Assembly: GCA_963828255.1 (NCBI GenBank)
Contig: CAWHDZ010000027.1
Span: 32,001 to 96,000 of the forward strand
Direction: 5' to 3'
Length of the DNA: 64,000 bases
Source: an uncultured delta proteobacterium
Lineage (GTDB): Bacteria; Myxococcota; Myxococcia; Myxococcales; Anaeromyxobacteraceae
The notes under the pieces are model-generated. The model saw only the letters and a program-made list of their open reading frames with translations. It had not been told where the DNA came from and searched no databases. Positions 19,733 through 28,502 of the stretch are shown here, piece by piece. The stretch's first letter is position 1. Every line of letters begins with the position of its first letter. A program made the translations under genes and the position numbers.

Positions 19733-19748
19733 CGCAACAGGTGGGCCA
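19733..19748 (-). promoter_or_regulatory. Putative sigma54 (-24/-12) promoter
   Basis: TGGCCCACCTGTTGCG has GG-N10-GC spacing and is close to the TGGCAC-N5-TTGC consensus. Confidence 0.65.
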
Positions 19749-19828
19749 GATCCGGGGTCGCAGCACCCATCGGGAAAAACCTCCTCGTGGCGGATGCTTG
19801 GAACGTGCTCCGGCCGACGCCCCTCGGA

Positions 19829-19965
19829 GTGTTGAGAATCTGGTCGGTGAGGATTCCGACGCGAAATCCGGCCTGGATCGGTGTCAACCAACCGTGATCC
19901 GGGCGGGATCCAGCGCCCGGGCCCCCTTGTCACGAATTCCCACGACCCGGCGGGATTCTCGACAC
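19829..19965. promoter_or_regulatory. Array of degenerate palindromic sites, putative enhancer-binding-protein UAS
   Basis: GTGTTGAGAATC (19829) and GATTCTCGACAC (19954) are 11/12 inverted complements; related 17-mers at 19830, 19845, 19928 and 19948. Confidence 0.45.
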
Positions 19966-20022
19966 CTCGCAGGGGCGTAGGCGCTTTCCAGGGTTGGACT
20001 AGTGTGCCCGTTCGGGGGCGTG

Positions 20023-20112
20023 ATGAAAAACAACGTGAAGATTGCCCTGACGCTGGCGACCGCTCTTGCCCTCTTCTACCTGGTGGTCCGATTCTTCCCT
20101 CTCGGCCGGTGA
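20023..20112 (+). CDS. 29-aa single-TM microprotein MKNNVKIALTLATALALFYLVVRFFPLGR
   Basis: GGGGG RBS-like sequence upstream; basic N-terminus plus hydrophobic helix; below the ORF-track length cutoff. Confidence 0.6.
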   Translation: MKNNVKIALTLATALALFYLVVRFFPLGR

Positions 20113-20156
20113 CCAGGACGCGCCTTGACGCTGGAATGTGCTGGGGGACGCACTTT

Positions 20157-20211
20157 CCGATATCGGCCGACCGGGTCAATAAATGTCCACCCGGGGCGGG
20201 TCGCCTATACT
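20157..20211 (+). promoter_or_regulatory. Putative promoter of the phc-like cluster
   Basis: TATACT -10 at 20206-20211; weak -35 (ATGTCC); palindrome CCGATATCGG at 20157-20166. Confidence 0.35.
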
Positions 20212-20252
20212 CGACCTGATTTTCCATCTCGGCAGGCTGACCCAGGGGGACC

Positions 20253-21482
20253 GTGATCAACGAACGGGAGATCGCCGCGCTGGTGGCGCGTTTCGGCATG
20301 GGCAACCAGCTGAACGGCGGCCTCCTGCTGGTGGACGACGAGCCCAACAACCTGGTCGTCCTGCGCGGTTTCCTCGACGACGAGGAGCGCTGGCAGGTCC
20401 ACACGGCGGCCTCGGGCGAGGAGGCGCTCGCCATCGCGGAGAGGACGCCCCTCGACGTGGTGGTGACCGACCACCGCATGCCGGGGATGACCGGGGTGGA
20501 CCTGCTCGAGAAGCTCCGGCGCCTTCGTCCGGACGTGGCCGGCATCGTGCTGACCGGCTACGCCGACATGGACGCCCTCGAGGCTGCCATCAACCGGGCC
20601 GCGGCCTTCCGGTTCCTGCGCAAGCCCTGGGAACCAGCCGACATCCTCGAGGCCATCCAGCAGGCCAGCAACATGGTCTCGCAGCGGCGCATCATCGAGC
20701 GGCTGGTCTCCCTCCTCTCCGAGCGGGGCGAGATGCTCCGCGCCTCCTTCGAGGAGGTGAAGCGGCAGCAGCAGGCCCTCCTCCACCTGGAGCGGATCGG
20801 CACAGTGGGCAAGCTGGCCTCCGGCGTCACCCACGACCTGCGCAACATGGTGACCAGCCTGCGCGAGGCCGAGTACCAGCTCTCCCAGCACTCGGCCTCC
20901 CCCGAGCTGCGCGAGACCTTCACCCTGGGGCTCGCTCACGTCGAGAAGATCCTCTCCACCTTGAAGACGCTCCAGGATTTCGCCCACGCCGGGAAGCTGG
21001 AGATCGCGCGCGCCCCGGCCGACCCGGCCGACGTGGTGCGGGACGCCGTGACCATCTCCCGGATGGACCTGCACTTCCGCCTGCGGCGCCTCGTCGTGGA
21101 CGTCGCCCCGGATCTCCCTCCCCTCCAGGCCGACCGGCTCAAGCTGTCGCAGGCGCTCGTCAACCTGATCCAGAACGCGGTCCAGGCCACCGGCAAGGAC
21201 GCCACCGTGCGCATCGCCGCCCGGCCCGCCGACGGCGGCGTGGAACTGGCCGTGGAGGACGACGGACCAGGCGTCGATGCCGAGCTCCGGCCCCGCCTCT
21301 TCCAGCCCTTCGCCCCGGGCAAGGGCTCGCCCGGCCTGGGAATGGGGCTCTACATGGCGCGCCTCATCGTCGAGTCCCACGGGGGCTCCATCCGCCTCGT
21401 GGACCTGCCCGGCGGCGGCGCCCGCTTCGAGCTGCTCCTCCCGAACACCCCACCGTCGAGCCCTCCAGCCACACCCACCTGA
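20253..21482 (+). CDS. Receiver plus histidine kinase hybrid (PhcR-like architecture)
   Basis: LLVDDE, VVTDHRMPGMTG and FLRKPW receiver; THDLRN H-box; NLIQNA, DDGPG and GLGMGL HATPase; no DNA-binding domain. Confidence 0.85.
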   Translation: MINEREIAALVARFGMGNQLNGGLLLVDDEPNNLVVLRGFLDDEERWQVHTAASGEEALAIAERTPLDVVVTDHRMPGMTGVDLLEKLRRLRPDVAGIVLTGYADMDALEAAINRAAAFRFLRKPWEPADILEAIQQASNMVSQRRIIERLVSLLSERGEMLRASFEEVKRQQQALLHLERIGTVGKLASGVTHDLRNMVTSLREAEYQLSQHSASPELRETFTLGLAHVEKILSTLKTLQDFAHAGKLEIARAPADPADVVRDAVTISRMDLHFRLRRLVVDVAPDLPPLQADRLKLSQALVNLIQNAVQATGKDATVRIAARPADGGVELAVEDDGPGVDAELRPRLFQPFAPGKGSPGLGMGLYMARLIVESHGGSIRLVDLPGGGARFELLLPNTPPSSPPATPT

Positions 21483-21526
21483 TCCTCCTCGAGCCTTCGT
21501 CCAGCGCAGACACCTCGCCCGTCACC

Positions 21527-23080
21527 ATGGAAAAGAAGACCACCATCAAGCTAGTCGAGCCCCCCGGGGAGGCCCCCTCCTCGCCCCTGCCGCTCGGGCC
21601 CCGTCCCCACCGTTACGAGGAGCTGGAAGGGGCGGAGGGGCGCGCCGTCTTCTTCCGCCCCCACCGCCACTCCGCCGCCGACCTCGAACCCCTGCGCGGA
21701 GTCGTCACGGTCAACGTGGACGGAGTCCGGCGCGAGTGCGCCGTCCTCGACGTCAGCCAGAACGGCGTGGCGGTGGCCTGGACGCACGGCCTGCCCGCCC
21801 GGAAGGGCAGGCTCGTCCCGGCGGTGCTCCGCTTCGACGCCCACCAGCCCTTCGAAGGCCAGGTCCGCATCGGGTCGGTCCGCGAGGCCGACGGTTCCAC
21901 CGTGGTCGGGCTCTCCTTCGACAACTTCCTCCTCGACGTGGAGGAGGTCCTCTCCCTGCGCACGGTGCGCGCCTGGGCGGCGGGCGCCGGGGGCGCCCGT
22001 GTCCAGGACAGACCCTGGGGCGTTTCCTCCGGGGAGCGCTTCCAGGCCCGTGTCGCCGAGCTCCGCATGCTGCTCGAGGACGGGCGGCAGCAGCTCGACG
22101 CGCTCGAGCGGCAGCTCCCCTGGCACGCCCTGCACGGACCGCTGAGCCCGGTCCTGGCCGCCCTGGAGCGGTCGCTCCGCGCGGGCTTCGTCCCGGAGTT
22201 CGTGCGGCTCACCGAGGCCATCGACGCGGAGATCCGCACCCTCCCCGGCGGCCACCGCAACGAGCAGGCCCGCCTGTGGGCGATGCGCAACCTCCAGGAG
22301 TTCCTCATGGAGTCTCCCGGACTCCGCCGCGCCTACGAGAAGCCCTTCGGCTACCCGGGCGACTACGAGGTGATGAACGCCATCTACGAGCGCTTCTACG
22401 AGGGCTCTACGCTCTTCGCCCGCTCGGTCGGCCTGGGATTCTCGGAGGCGCTCTGCTCCAAGGCGGTCCGCTTCCGCAAGGACCTGGTCAAGCGGCAGCT
22501 GAAGGCGCTCCTCTCCCGGCGGGCCGGGTCAACGGGGCCGGTGCGGGTGCTCTCCATCGGGGCCGGACCGGCCCAGGAGCTGCACGAGCTCTTCCAGGAG
22601 GTGGACGACCTCCCGGTGCCGCTCGAGGTGGTGCTCTTCGAGCAGGACAAGAACGCGCTGGCCCACGCCTTCCGGCGGCTCACGCCGACGGTGGAGGCGC
22701 GGTTCCAGGGGCGCGTCCGGCTCCTCTTCCTGCACGACTCCATCAAGCGGCTGCTGCGCGACGGCTCGCTCTTCGCCCCCTTCGGGAAGTTCGACCTGGT
22801 CTACTCCGCCGGACTGCTCGACTACCTCCAGCAGCGCACCGGCACGGTGCTCACCCGTCACCTGGCGGGGACCACGGCGCCCGGGGGGCAGCTCCTCATC
22901 GCCAACATGGTGGACAACCCGGCCCGCACGCTGCTTCAGGTACACCTCGACTGGGCGCTCATCTACCGGACCCGGGAGGAGCTCCTGGACATGGCCCACG
23001 CAGCGGTTCCGGGCGCGAGGGTCCGCATCCTCGAGGAGGAGAGCGGGGTCAACCCGTTCTTCGAGATCGTCCGCGGGTAG
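21527..23080 (+). CDS. PhcB-like SAM-dependent methyltransferase with N-terminal PilZ-like domain
   Basis: KPFGYPGDYEVMN, YEGSTLFA, VLSIGAGPA, FDLVYSAGLLDYL, APGGQLLIAN and LDWALIYR motifs; DVSQNG PilZ-type motif. Confidence 0.78.
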   Translation: MEKKTTIKLVEPPGEAPSSPLPLGPRPHRYEELEGAEGRAVFFRPHRHSAADLEPLRGVVTVNVDGVRRECAVLDVSQNGVAVAWTHGLPARKGRLVPAVLRFDAHQPFEGQVRIGSVREADGSTVVGLSFDNFLLDVEEVLSLRTVRAWAAGAGGARVQDRPWGVSSGERFQARVAELRMLLEDGRQQLDALERQLPWHALHGPLSPVLAALERSLRAGFVPEFVRLTEAIDAEIRTLPGGHRNEQARLWAMRNLQEFLMESPGLRRAYEKPFGYPGDYEVMNAIYERFYEGSTLFARSVGLGFSEALCSKAVRFRKDLVKRQLKALLSRRAGSTGPVRVLSIGAGPAQELHELFQEVDDLPVPLEVVLFEQDKNALAHAFRRLTPTVEARFQGRVRLLFLHDSIKRLLRDGSLFAPFGKFDLVYSAGLLDYLQQRTGTVLTRHLAGTTAPGGQLLIANMVDNPARTLLQVHLDWALIYRTREELLDMAHAAVPGARVRILEEESGVNPFFEIVRG

Positions 23081-25735
23081 ATGACGACCTCCGACTTCGA
23101 GATCGAGAGGAGCTGGGCCGCCTGGCGGCTGGGGCGCAATCGCCGCGGCCTGAAGGTCGGGCTCCTCTTCATGGTCACGCTGTACCCGGCCTTCGGCCTG
23201 CTCGACTGGGCGCTGGCCCCGCCCTCGGCCCTGCCCTGGCTCTGGGGGACGCGCGCCGGGATCGTCTCGCTCGCCATGGTCCTGCTCCTCCTCATGCGCA
23301 ACCCGCGCTTCGACCGCTGGGTGGACGCCGTGGCGGTGCTCTGCGGCTGGCTCGCCGGTGCGGGCATCAGCATCATGACGGCCTACATGGGTGGCCTGGC
23401 GTCGCCCTACTACGCCGGGCTCATCCTGGTGGTGCTGGCGGCCGGCCTGCTCTTCGTCTGGCCTCCGGTGCTGGTCTTCGTGACCTTGCTCGGGCTGGTG
23501 GCGTCCTTCCCGCTCGTCAACCTGGCGCTCGGGGCCGGAGGGGATCTTCACGTCGCCGCATCCAACATGACGTTCCTGTCGGCGACGGCCCTCATCGCCG
23601 GCGTCGCCCAGGTCCTGCAGTTCACCACGCTGCGCGAGCAGCACGAGCAGCGGCTCCGGCTCGAGGTCACCTCCCACAACCTGGAGCGGGCGCACACCAA
23701 GCTGCAGCAGCTCGACGAGTTCAAGTCGCGCTTCTTCGCCAACATGACCCACGAGCTGCGCACGCCGCTCGCCATGGTCGTCACCCCGCTCGAGCTGATG
23801 ATGCAAGGGGAGATGGGCGCATTCAGCGAGCCCCAGCGCAGCTCGCTCGCCACCATGTACCGGAGCGCGCTCAAGCTCCTGAAGCTCATCAACGACCTGC
23901 TCGACCTCTCCCGGCTCGAGGAGAGCCGGCTCCGCATCGACGTGAAGGAGCAGGACCTGGCCGCCCAGCTGCGCGGCCTCGTCGAGCAGACCGATGTGCT
24001 GGCGCGCCGCAAGCTGATCACGCTCTCCTTCTCCAGCGGGGACAGGCCGTGCACCGTCTGGTGCGACGCCGAGCGGCTGGAGCGGGTCTTCGTCAACCTG
24101 CTCTCCAACGCCATCAAGTTCACGCCCGTGAACGGACACGTCACGGTGGAACTGCGCGAACAGCCCGACGACGTCGAGGTGGTGGTCACCGACGACGGCC
24201 CGGGCTTCCCCCCCGACCGGGCCGAGCAGATCTTCGAGCGCTTCTACCAGGTGGACATGGCCGACCGGCGCGCCCACGGCGGCACGGGGATCGGGCTCGC
24301 CCTGGCCCGCGAGCTGGTGATGCTCCACGGCGGCTCCATCCGCGCCGAGAGCGACGGACGGACGGGCGCCCGCTTCACCGTCAAGCTCCCGAAGGGGCGC
24401 GGCCACTTCCGCCCCGAAGCCCTCGCCGAACCGCGGGACGCCGGGGAGGGGGCGCGGGGAGAGCCCGGCCTCGACTGGGCGGTCCAGCTCGCCGCCCGCT
24501 CCGAGTTCCGGCTGCTCGACATCGAGGAGGCCACCGAGCGGCGCGCCGTCGAGCGGGACACCGACGAGGAGGCCCGCCCGTACACGGCGGTGGTGGTCGA
24601 GGACCACCCCCACATCATCCAGCTCGTGCACATGTCGCTGCGACGCCAGTTCAAGGTGCTGACCGCCTCGGACGGGCTGAAGGGGCTCGACCTCGTCCTC
24701 CGGGAGCGCCCGAACCTGGTGGTCACCGACCTCATGATGCCGGGCATCGACGGCCTGGCGCTCACCCGCAGGCTTCGCGAGGAGCCGTCCACCCGCCACA
24801 TCCCCATCATCATGCTCACGGCGCGGGGGGAGCTCGACGACCGTGTGAAGGGGCTCGAGACGGGGGTCAGCGCCTACCTCACCAAGCCCTTCTCGCCGAA
24901 GGAGCTTCTCACCGCGGCGCGGGAGCTGGTCAAGGCGAAGGAGCAGACCGCCGATCTGGTGCTGACCCAGCGCATGGAGTCGCTCGAGATGGTGGCGGCC
25001 GGCCTGGCCCACGAGATCAACAACCCGCTCAACTACCTCAAGAACGCGCTGGGGCGGGTCCGGCTCGACGCCGAGAAGGTGCTGGGGCTGTGCGGTGAAG
25101 CGCGCGAGCGGCCGCTCGACCTTGCGGGACAGGCCCAGGTGGACCGGCTGGCGGCGCGGATCCGCGAGCTGCTCGGGGTGGCCGACTCCGGCGTGAAGCG
25201 CATCGGATCGACCGTCGAGCTGATGAGCCGCTACGGGCGGGCCGGCTACAAGCGGGAGATGGTGCCGCACGACGCCTGGGCGGCGGCCCACGCCGTGGTG
25301 GGGATCGTGCTCCCGGCCACCGGGCGCCACGTGAAGGTGGACCTCGACCTCGAGGGGGACGGCTCCCTCGAGTGCGTGCCCGAGGAGTTCAGCCAGGTCC
25401 TCTCCAACCTGGTCCAGAACGCCATCGAGGCGGTGCCCGAGGAGACGGGGAGGGTCCGGGTGCGGGGGCGCGTCGAGGACGGCGAGCTTCTGATCTCTGT
25501 GAAGGACAATGGGCCGGGGATCCCCCCGGAGGTGGTCCAGAAGCTCTTCACCCCCTTCTTCTCCACGAAGGGGCCGGGGAAGGGCGTGGGGCTCGGCCTC
25601 ACCATCACGCGCCGCGTGGTCCAGAGCCTGGGCGGCAGCCTCAACGTGACGAGCGCCGTCGGCCAGGGGACGGAGTTCCTGGTCCGCGTGCCGCGAACGC
25701 AGCCACGGCCGCGCGCGCTCCCCGCGCCGGGCTGA
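23081..25735 (+). CDS. Membrane sensor kinase with TM-HK-REC-HK architecture (PhcS-like N-terminus)
   Basis: About 6 TM helices with SPYYAGLILV; THELRTPL kinase; VVTDLMMPGIDG receiver; second kinase AHEINNPL with complete HATPase. Confidence 0.87.
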   Translation: MTTSDFEIERSWAAWRLGRNRRGLKVGLLFMVTLYPAFGLLDWALAPPSALPWLWGTRAGIVSLAMVLLLLMRNPRFDRWVDAVAVLCGWLAGAGISIMTAYMGGLASPYYAGLILVVLAAGLLFVWPPVLVFVTLLGLVASFPLVNLALGAGGDLHVAASNMTFLSATALIAGVAQVLQFTTLREQHEQRLRLEVTSHNLERAHTKLQQLDEFKSRFFANMTHELRTPLAMVVTPLELMMQGEMGAFSEPQRSSLATMYRSALKLLKLINDLLDLSRLEESRLRIDVKEQDLAAQLRGLVEQTDVLARRKLITLSFSSGDRPCTVWCDAERLERVFVNLLSNAIKFTPVNGHVTVELREQPDDVEVVVTDDGPGFPPDRAEQIFERFYQVDMADRRAHGGTGIGLALARELVMLHGGSIRAESDGRTGARFTVKLPKGRGHFRPEALAEPRDAGEGARGEPGLDWAVQLAARSEFRLLDIEEATERRAVERDTDEEARPYTAVVVEDHPHIIQLVHMSLRRQFKVLTASDGLKGLDLVLRERPNLVVTDLMMPGIDGLALTRRLREEPSTRHIPIIMLTARGELDDRVKGLETGVSAYLTKPFSPKELLTAARELVKAKEQTADLVLTQRMESLEMVAAGLAHEINNPLNYLKNALGRVRLDAEKVLGLCGEARERPLDLAGQAQVDRLAARIRELLGVADSGVKRIGSTVELMSRYGRAGYKREMVPHDAWAAAHAVVGIVLPATGRHVKVDLDLEGDGSLECVPEEFSQVLSNLVQNAIEAVPEETGRVRVRGRVEDGELLISVKDNGPGIPPEVVQKLFTPFFSTKGPGKGVGLGLTITRRVVQSLGGSLNVTSAVGQGTEFLVRVPRTQPRPRALPAPG

Positions 25736-25753
25736 TGGCGCTATGCTGCCGGG

Positions 25754-27091
25754 ATGCGGATCCCGGTCGCCCTGCTCGCGTCCCTCGCCGCGACCCTGTT
25801 CGTCGCCGCCTCCTGCTCGGGGAACAACCCCAGGCCGCCGCTCCTGGGCGCGGGCGGGTGGTCCTGGTCACCGGCCGTGGCGGGCGACCATCCGCTCCCG
25901 GTCCTGTGGTGGGGGAGCACGACCCCCTCGCCCCTCCCGCTCCTCGACGGCGGCGACTGCTCCGCGTCGGGCTCGGTCCAGGCTCTCGTGGCCGAGGTGG
26001 GCCAGCCCCTCGCCGTGGGGATCTCGGTGACCTGCGCGGGAGGCATTCCCGCCATGCTCCCCGTCGCCTGGCCCGGCGGCGCCGTTCAGGCCCTCCCGCT
26101 GCCGGCGGGGGCCACCCAGGGAACGGCGCTCGCGGTCGTGTCCCGCCCCGGAGCGACGCGGATCGCCATCCCAGACCGGTTCATCGGTGGCGCGACGGGG
26201 ACGACCTCACCCCGCCCGACGTTCTGGAAGAACGGCGCGGTGGTGGCATGGGACCCGACGGACCTGCTGCCCCCCGGCCACGACGCGGGGGTGGTGACCA
26301 GCATCGCGGCGACGGACCAGTTCGTGCTCGCCGCCGGCGTCGTCCACCGCACGGGGAGCTCTCCGCCGGCCTACTCCGGGATCATCTGGCTCTTCGACCT
26401 CGACTTCACCGCATCCACCTGGGAATTCCTCCCCCTGCCGACCGACGCCGGCGGCGCGAGCTTCGGCTCCTGGGTCTCGATGGTGATCGAGGGGACCACG
26501 ATCTGGTCGGCGGCCGCCATCTGGAACGCCGCCGCCGCGCCGAAGCCGGTGGTCTGGACGGACGACGTATCGGTGCCCTGGTTCGGGGTGGAGTTCGGGA
26601 CGGCCCCCTGGGCCTCGCCCACCGGCCTCTCGATGGTCGAACTCGTCCCCTACTCGAGCGGCTGGGTCCGAACGGCCTCCACGAGCGGACCGCCGCAGCC
26701 CGCCATCTGGGCAGGGCCCGTCCTGTCCCTCCTCCCCGCCGCCGACCCGTCGAATCCCATCGGCGCGGGCGAGTCCATCGCCATCTACCTCGAGGGGGCC
26801 TACGTGTCCGGTGAGAGCCTCGCCGGCGACCCTTCCAGCCCCTCGCGCAGGCTGGCCGTGCCCGCCATCTGGTCGAACGGGGCCCGGACCGATCTCGGCA
26901 CGCTCTCCGCGCCCGGAGCCGGTCCGGCCATCTCCGGACCGCTCTTCGGCTGGTGGCGCCTCCCCGGCACGCCCGTGACCTCCCCGCCCGACTGGCCCTA
27001 CCCGGGCGGCACCGGCGAGGTCCTCGATTCACTTCCCGTGTCGGCGGCCGGCTCGGGCGTGGCCCGGACGGTGGTCGCCGTCCCGCCCTGA
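25754..27091 (+). CDS. Putative lipoprotein with repeated PxxW..G blades
   Basis: Lipobox-like FVAASC; repeats PVLWWG, PVAWPG, PTFWKNG, PVVWTD, PAIWAG, PAIWSNG. Confidence 0.65.
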   Translation: MRIPVALLASLAATLFVAASCSGNNPRPPLLGAGGWSWSPAVAGDHPLPVLWWGSTTPSPLPLLDGGDCSASGSVQALVAEVGQPLAVGISVTCAGGIPAMLPVAWPGGAVQALPLPAGATQGTALAVVSRPGATRIAIPDRFIGGATGTTSPRPTFWKNGAVVAWDPTDLLPPGHDAGVVTSIAATDQFVLAAGVVHRTGSSPPAYSGIIWLFDLDFTASTWEFLPLPTDAGGASFGSWVSMVIEGTTIWSAAAIWNAAAAPKPVVWTDDVSVPWFGVEFGTAPWASPTGLSMVELVPYSSGWVRTASTSGPPQPAIWAGPVLSLLPAADPSNPIGAGESIAIYLEGAYVSGESLAGDPSSPSRRLAVPAIWSNGARTDLGTLSAPGAGPAISGPLFGWWRLPGTPVTSPPDWPYPGGTGEVLDSLPVSAAGSGVARTVVAVPP

Positions 27092-27118
27092 CCGATCGGC
27101 CCGGGCGGCTCCGGACCG

Positions 27119-28483
27119 CTACTTCACCCAGACCGTCTTCACGTTGACGAAGGCCCGGATCCCCTCGAGCCCCAGTTCCCGGCCGTAGCCCGAGGTCTTC
27201 ACGCCGCCGAAGGGCAGGCGCGGGTCGCTCTTCACGAGCCCGTTCACGAAGACGGCGCCCGCCTCGATGCGCGGCACCAGCCGCTCGATCTTGGCCGGAT
27301 CCGTCGTCCACAGCGAGGCGCCCAGGCCGAACCGCGAGTCGTTGGCGATCTCCACGGCGTGGTCGGGCGAGTCGGCGCGGATCACCACCGCCACCGGCCC
27401 GAAGAGCTCCTCCTTCGCCGCCACGTTGCTGGTCTTCACGTCGGCCAGGATGGAGACCGGGTAGAAGGCGCCCGGGCCGGCGGGGATGGTGCAGCCCATG
27501 GCCGGGCGCGCTCCCTCGGCGATGGCCTGCTTCACCAGCTCGTGCATCTCGTCGCGCAGGTCGGTGCGCGCCTGCGGCCCGATGTCTGTGCCCGGCTGCA
27601 TGGGGTCGCCCACCTTGACCGCCTTCATGGCGGCGGTGAACTTCTCGAGGAAGGCGTCGTAGACCGCCCCCTCGACGATGAAGCGCTTGGCGCAGATGCA
27701 GCTCTGCCCGGCGTTGATGGTGCGGGCCAGCGCGCCCACCTTGGCGGCCTGGTCGAGGTCGGCGTCGGCGAGCACGATGAACGGGTCGGAGCCGCCCAGC
27801 TCCATGACCGAGGGCTTGAGCGCCTCGCCCGAGGCGGCCGCCACCGCCCGGCCGGCCGGTTCACTGCCCGTGATCGTGGCGGCGGCGATGCGCGGGTCGA
27901 GGATGATGCCGCGGACCGGCTTCGAGCCCACGAGGAGCGTGCGGAAGAGGTCGGGCGGGAAGCCGGCGTCGTGCATCAGCTTCTCGATGGCCAGCGCGCA
28001 CTGGGGCACGTTGGAGGCGTGCTTGAGCAGCCCTCCGTTGCCGGCCATGAGGTGGGGCGCGATGAACCGGAACACCTGCCAGTAGGGGAAGTTCCAGGGC
28101 ATCACCGCCAGGATCACGCCGATGGGATCGAAGCGGACGTAGGCCTGGCTCCCGTCGCTGGTCTCGGGGCGAGGGGCCAGGAAGACCTCGGCGTTCTCGG
28201 CGTAGTACTCGCAGACCCAGGCGCACTTGGTGGCCTCGGCCGCGCCGTCCTTCAGGGGCTTTCCCATCTCGATGGCGGCCAGCCGGCCCAGCTCGGGGGC
28301 CCGCTCGCGGAGCAGCGCCGCGACCTTGCGCATGGGGACGGCCCGCTCGGCGATGGGCACGCGCGCCCAGGCCCTCTGCGCCTTCGCGGCGGCGTCGAGG
28401 ATCCGGTCGACCTCGTCCTTGCCCATCTCGGGGAAGGTTCGGAGGACCTCTCCGGTGGTCGGGTTCAGGGATTCGATGGCCAT
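27119..28483 (-). CDS. NAD-dependent succinate-semialdehyde dehydrogenase-like ALDH (Sad/GabD1 type)
   Basis: [33 protein letters not shown] and [13 protein letters not shown] motifs. Confidence 0.9.
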   Translation of the reverse strand: MAIESLNPTTGEVLRTFPEMGKDEVDRILDAAAKAQRAWARVPIAERAVPMRKVAALLRERAPELGRLAAIEMGKPLKDGAAEATKCAWVCEYYAENAEVFLAPRPETSDGSQAYVRFDPIGVILAVMPWNFPYWQVFRFIAPHLMAGNGGLLKHASNVPQCALAIEKLMHDAGFPPDLFRTLLVGSKPVRGIILDPRIAAATITGSEPAGRAVAAASGEALKPSVMELGGSDPFIVLADADLDQAAKVGALARTINAGQSCICAKRFIVEGAVYDAFLEKFTAAMKAVKVGDPMQPGTDIGPQARTDLRDEMHELVKQAIAEGARPAMGCTIPAGPGAFYPVSILADVKTSNVAAKEELFGPVAVVIRADSPDHAVEIANDSRFGLGASLWTTDPAKIERLVPRIEAGAVFVNGLVKSDPRLPFGGVKTSGYGRELGLEGIRAFVNVKTVWVK

Positions 28484-28502
28484 TGGGTTTCGTCCTTTCG
28501 GC

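Noticed and set aside
21277..25098. Very long alternative-frame ORFs (for example 1273 aa here, 43618-47304, 60021-62840)
   Set aside because: Arg/Pro/Gly-rich or antisense shadows of well-supported genes, expected at this GC content
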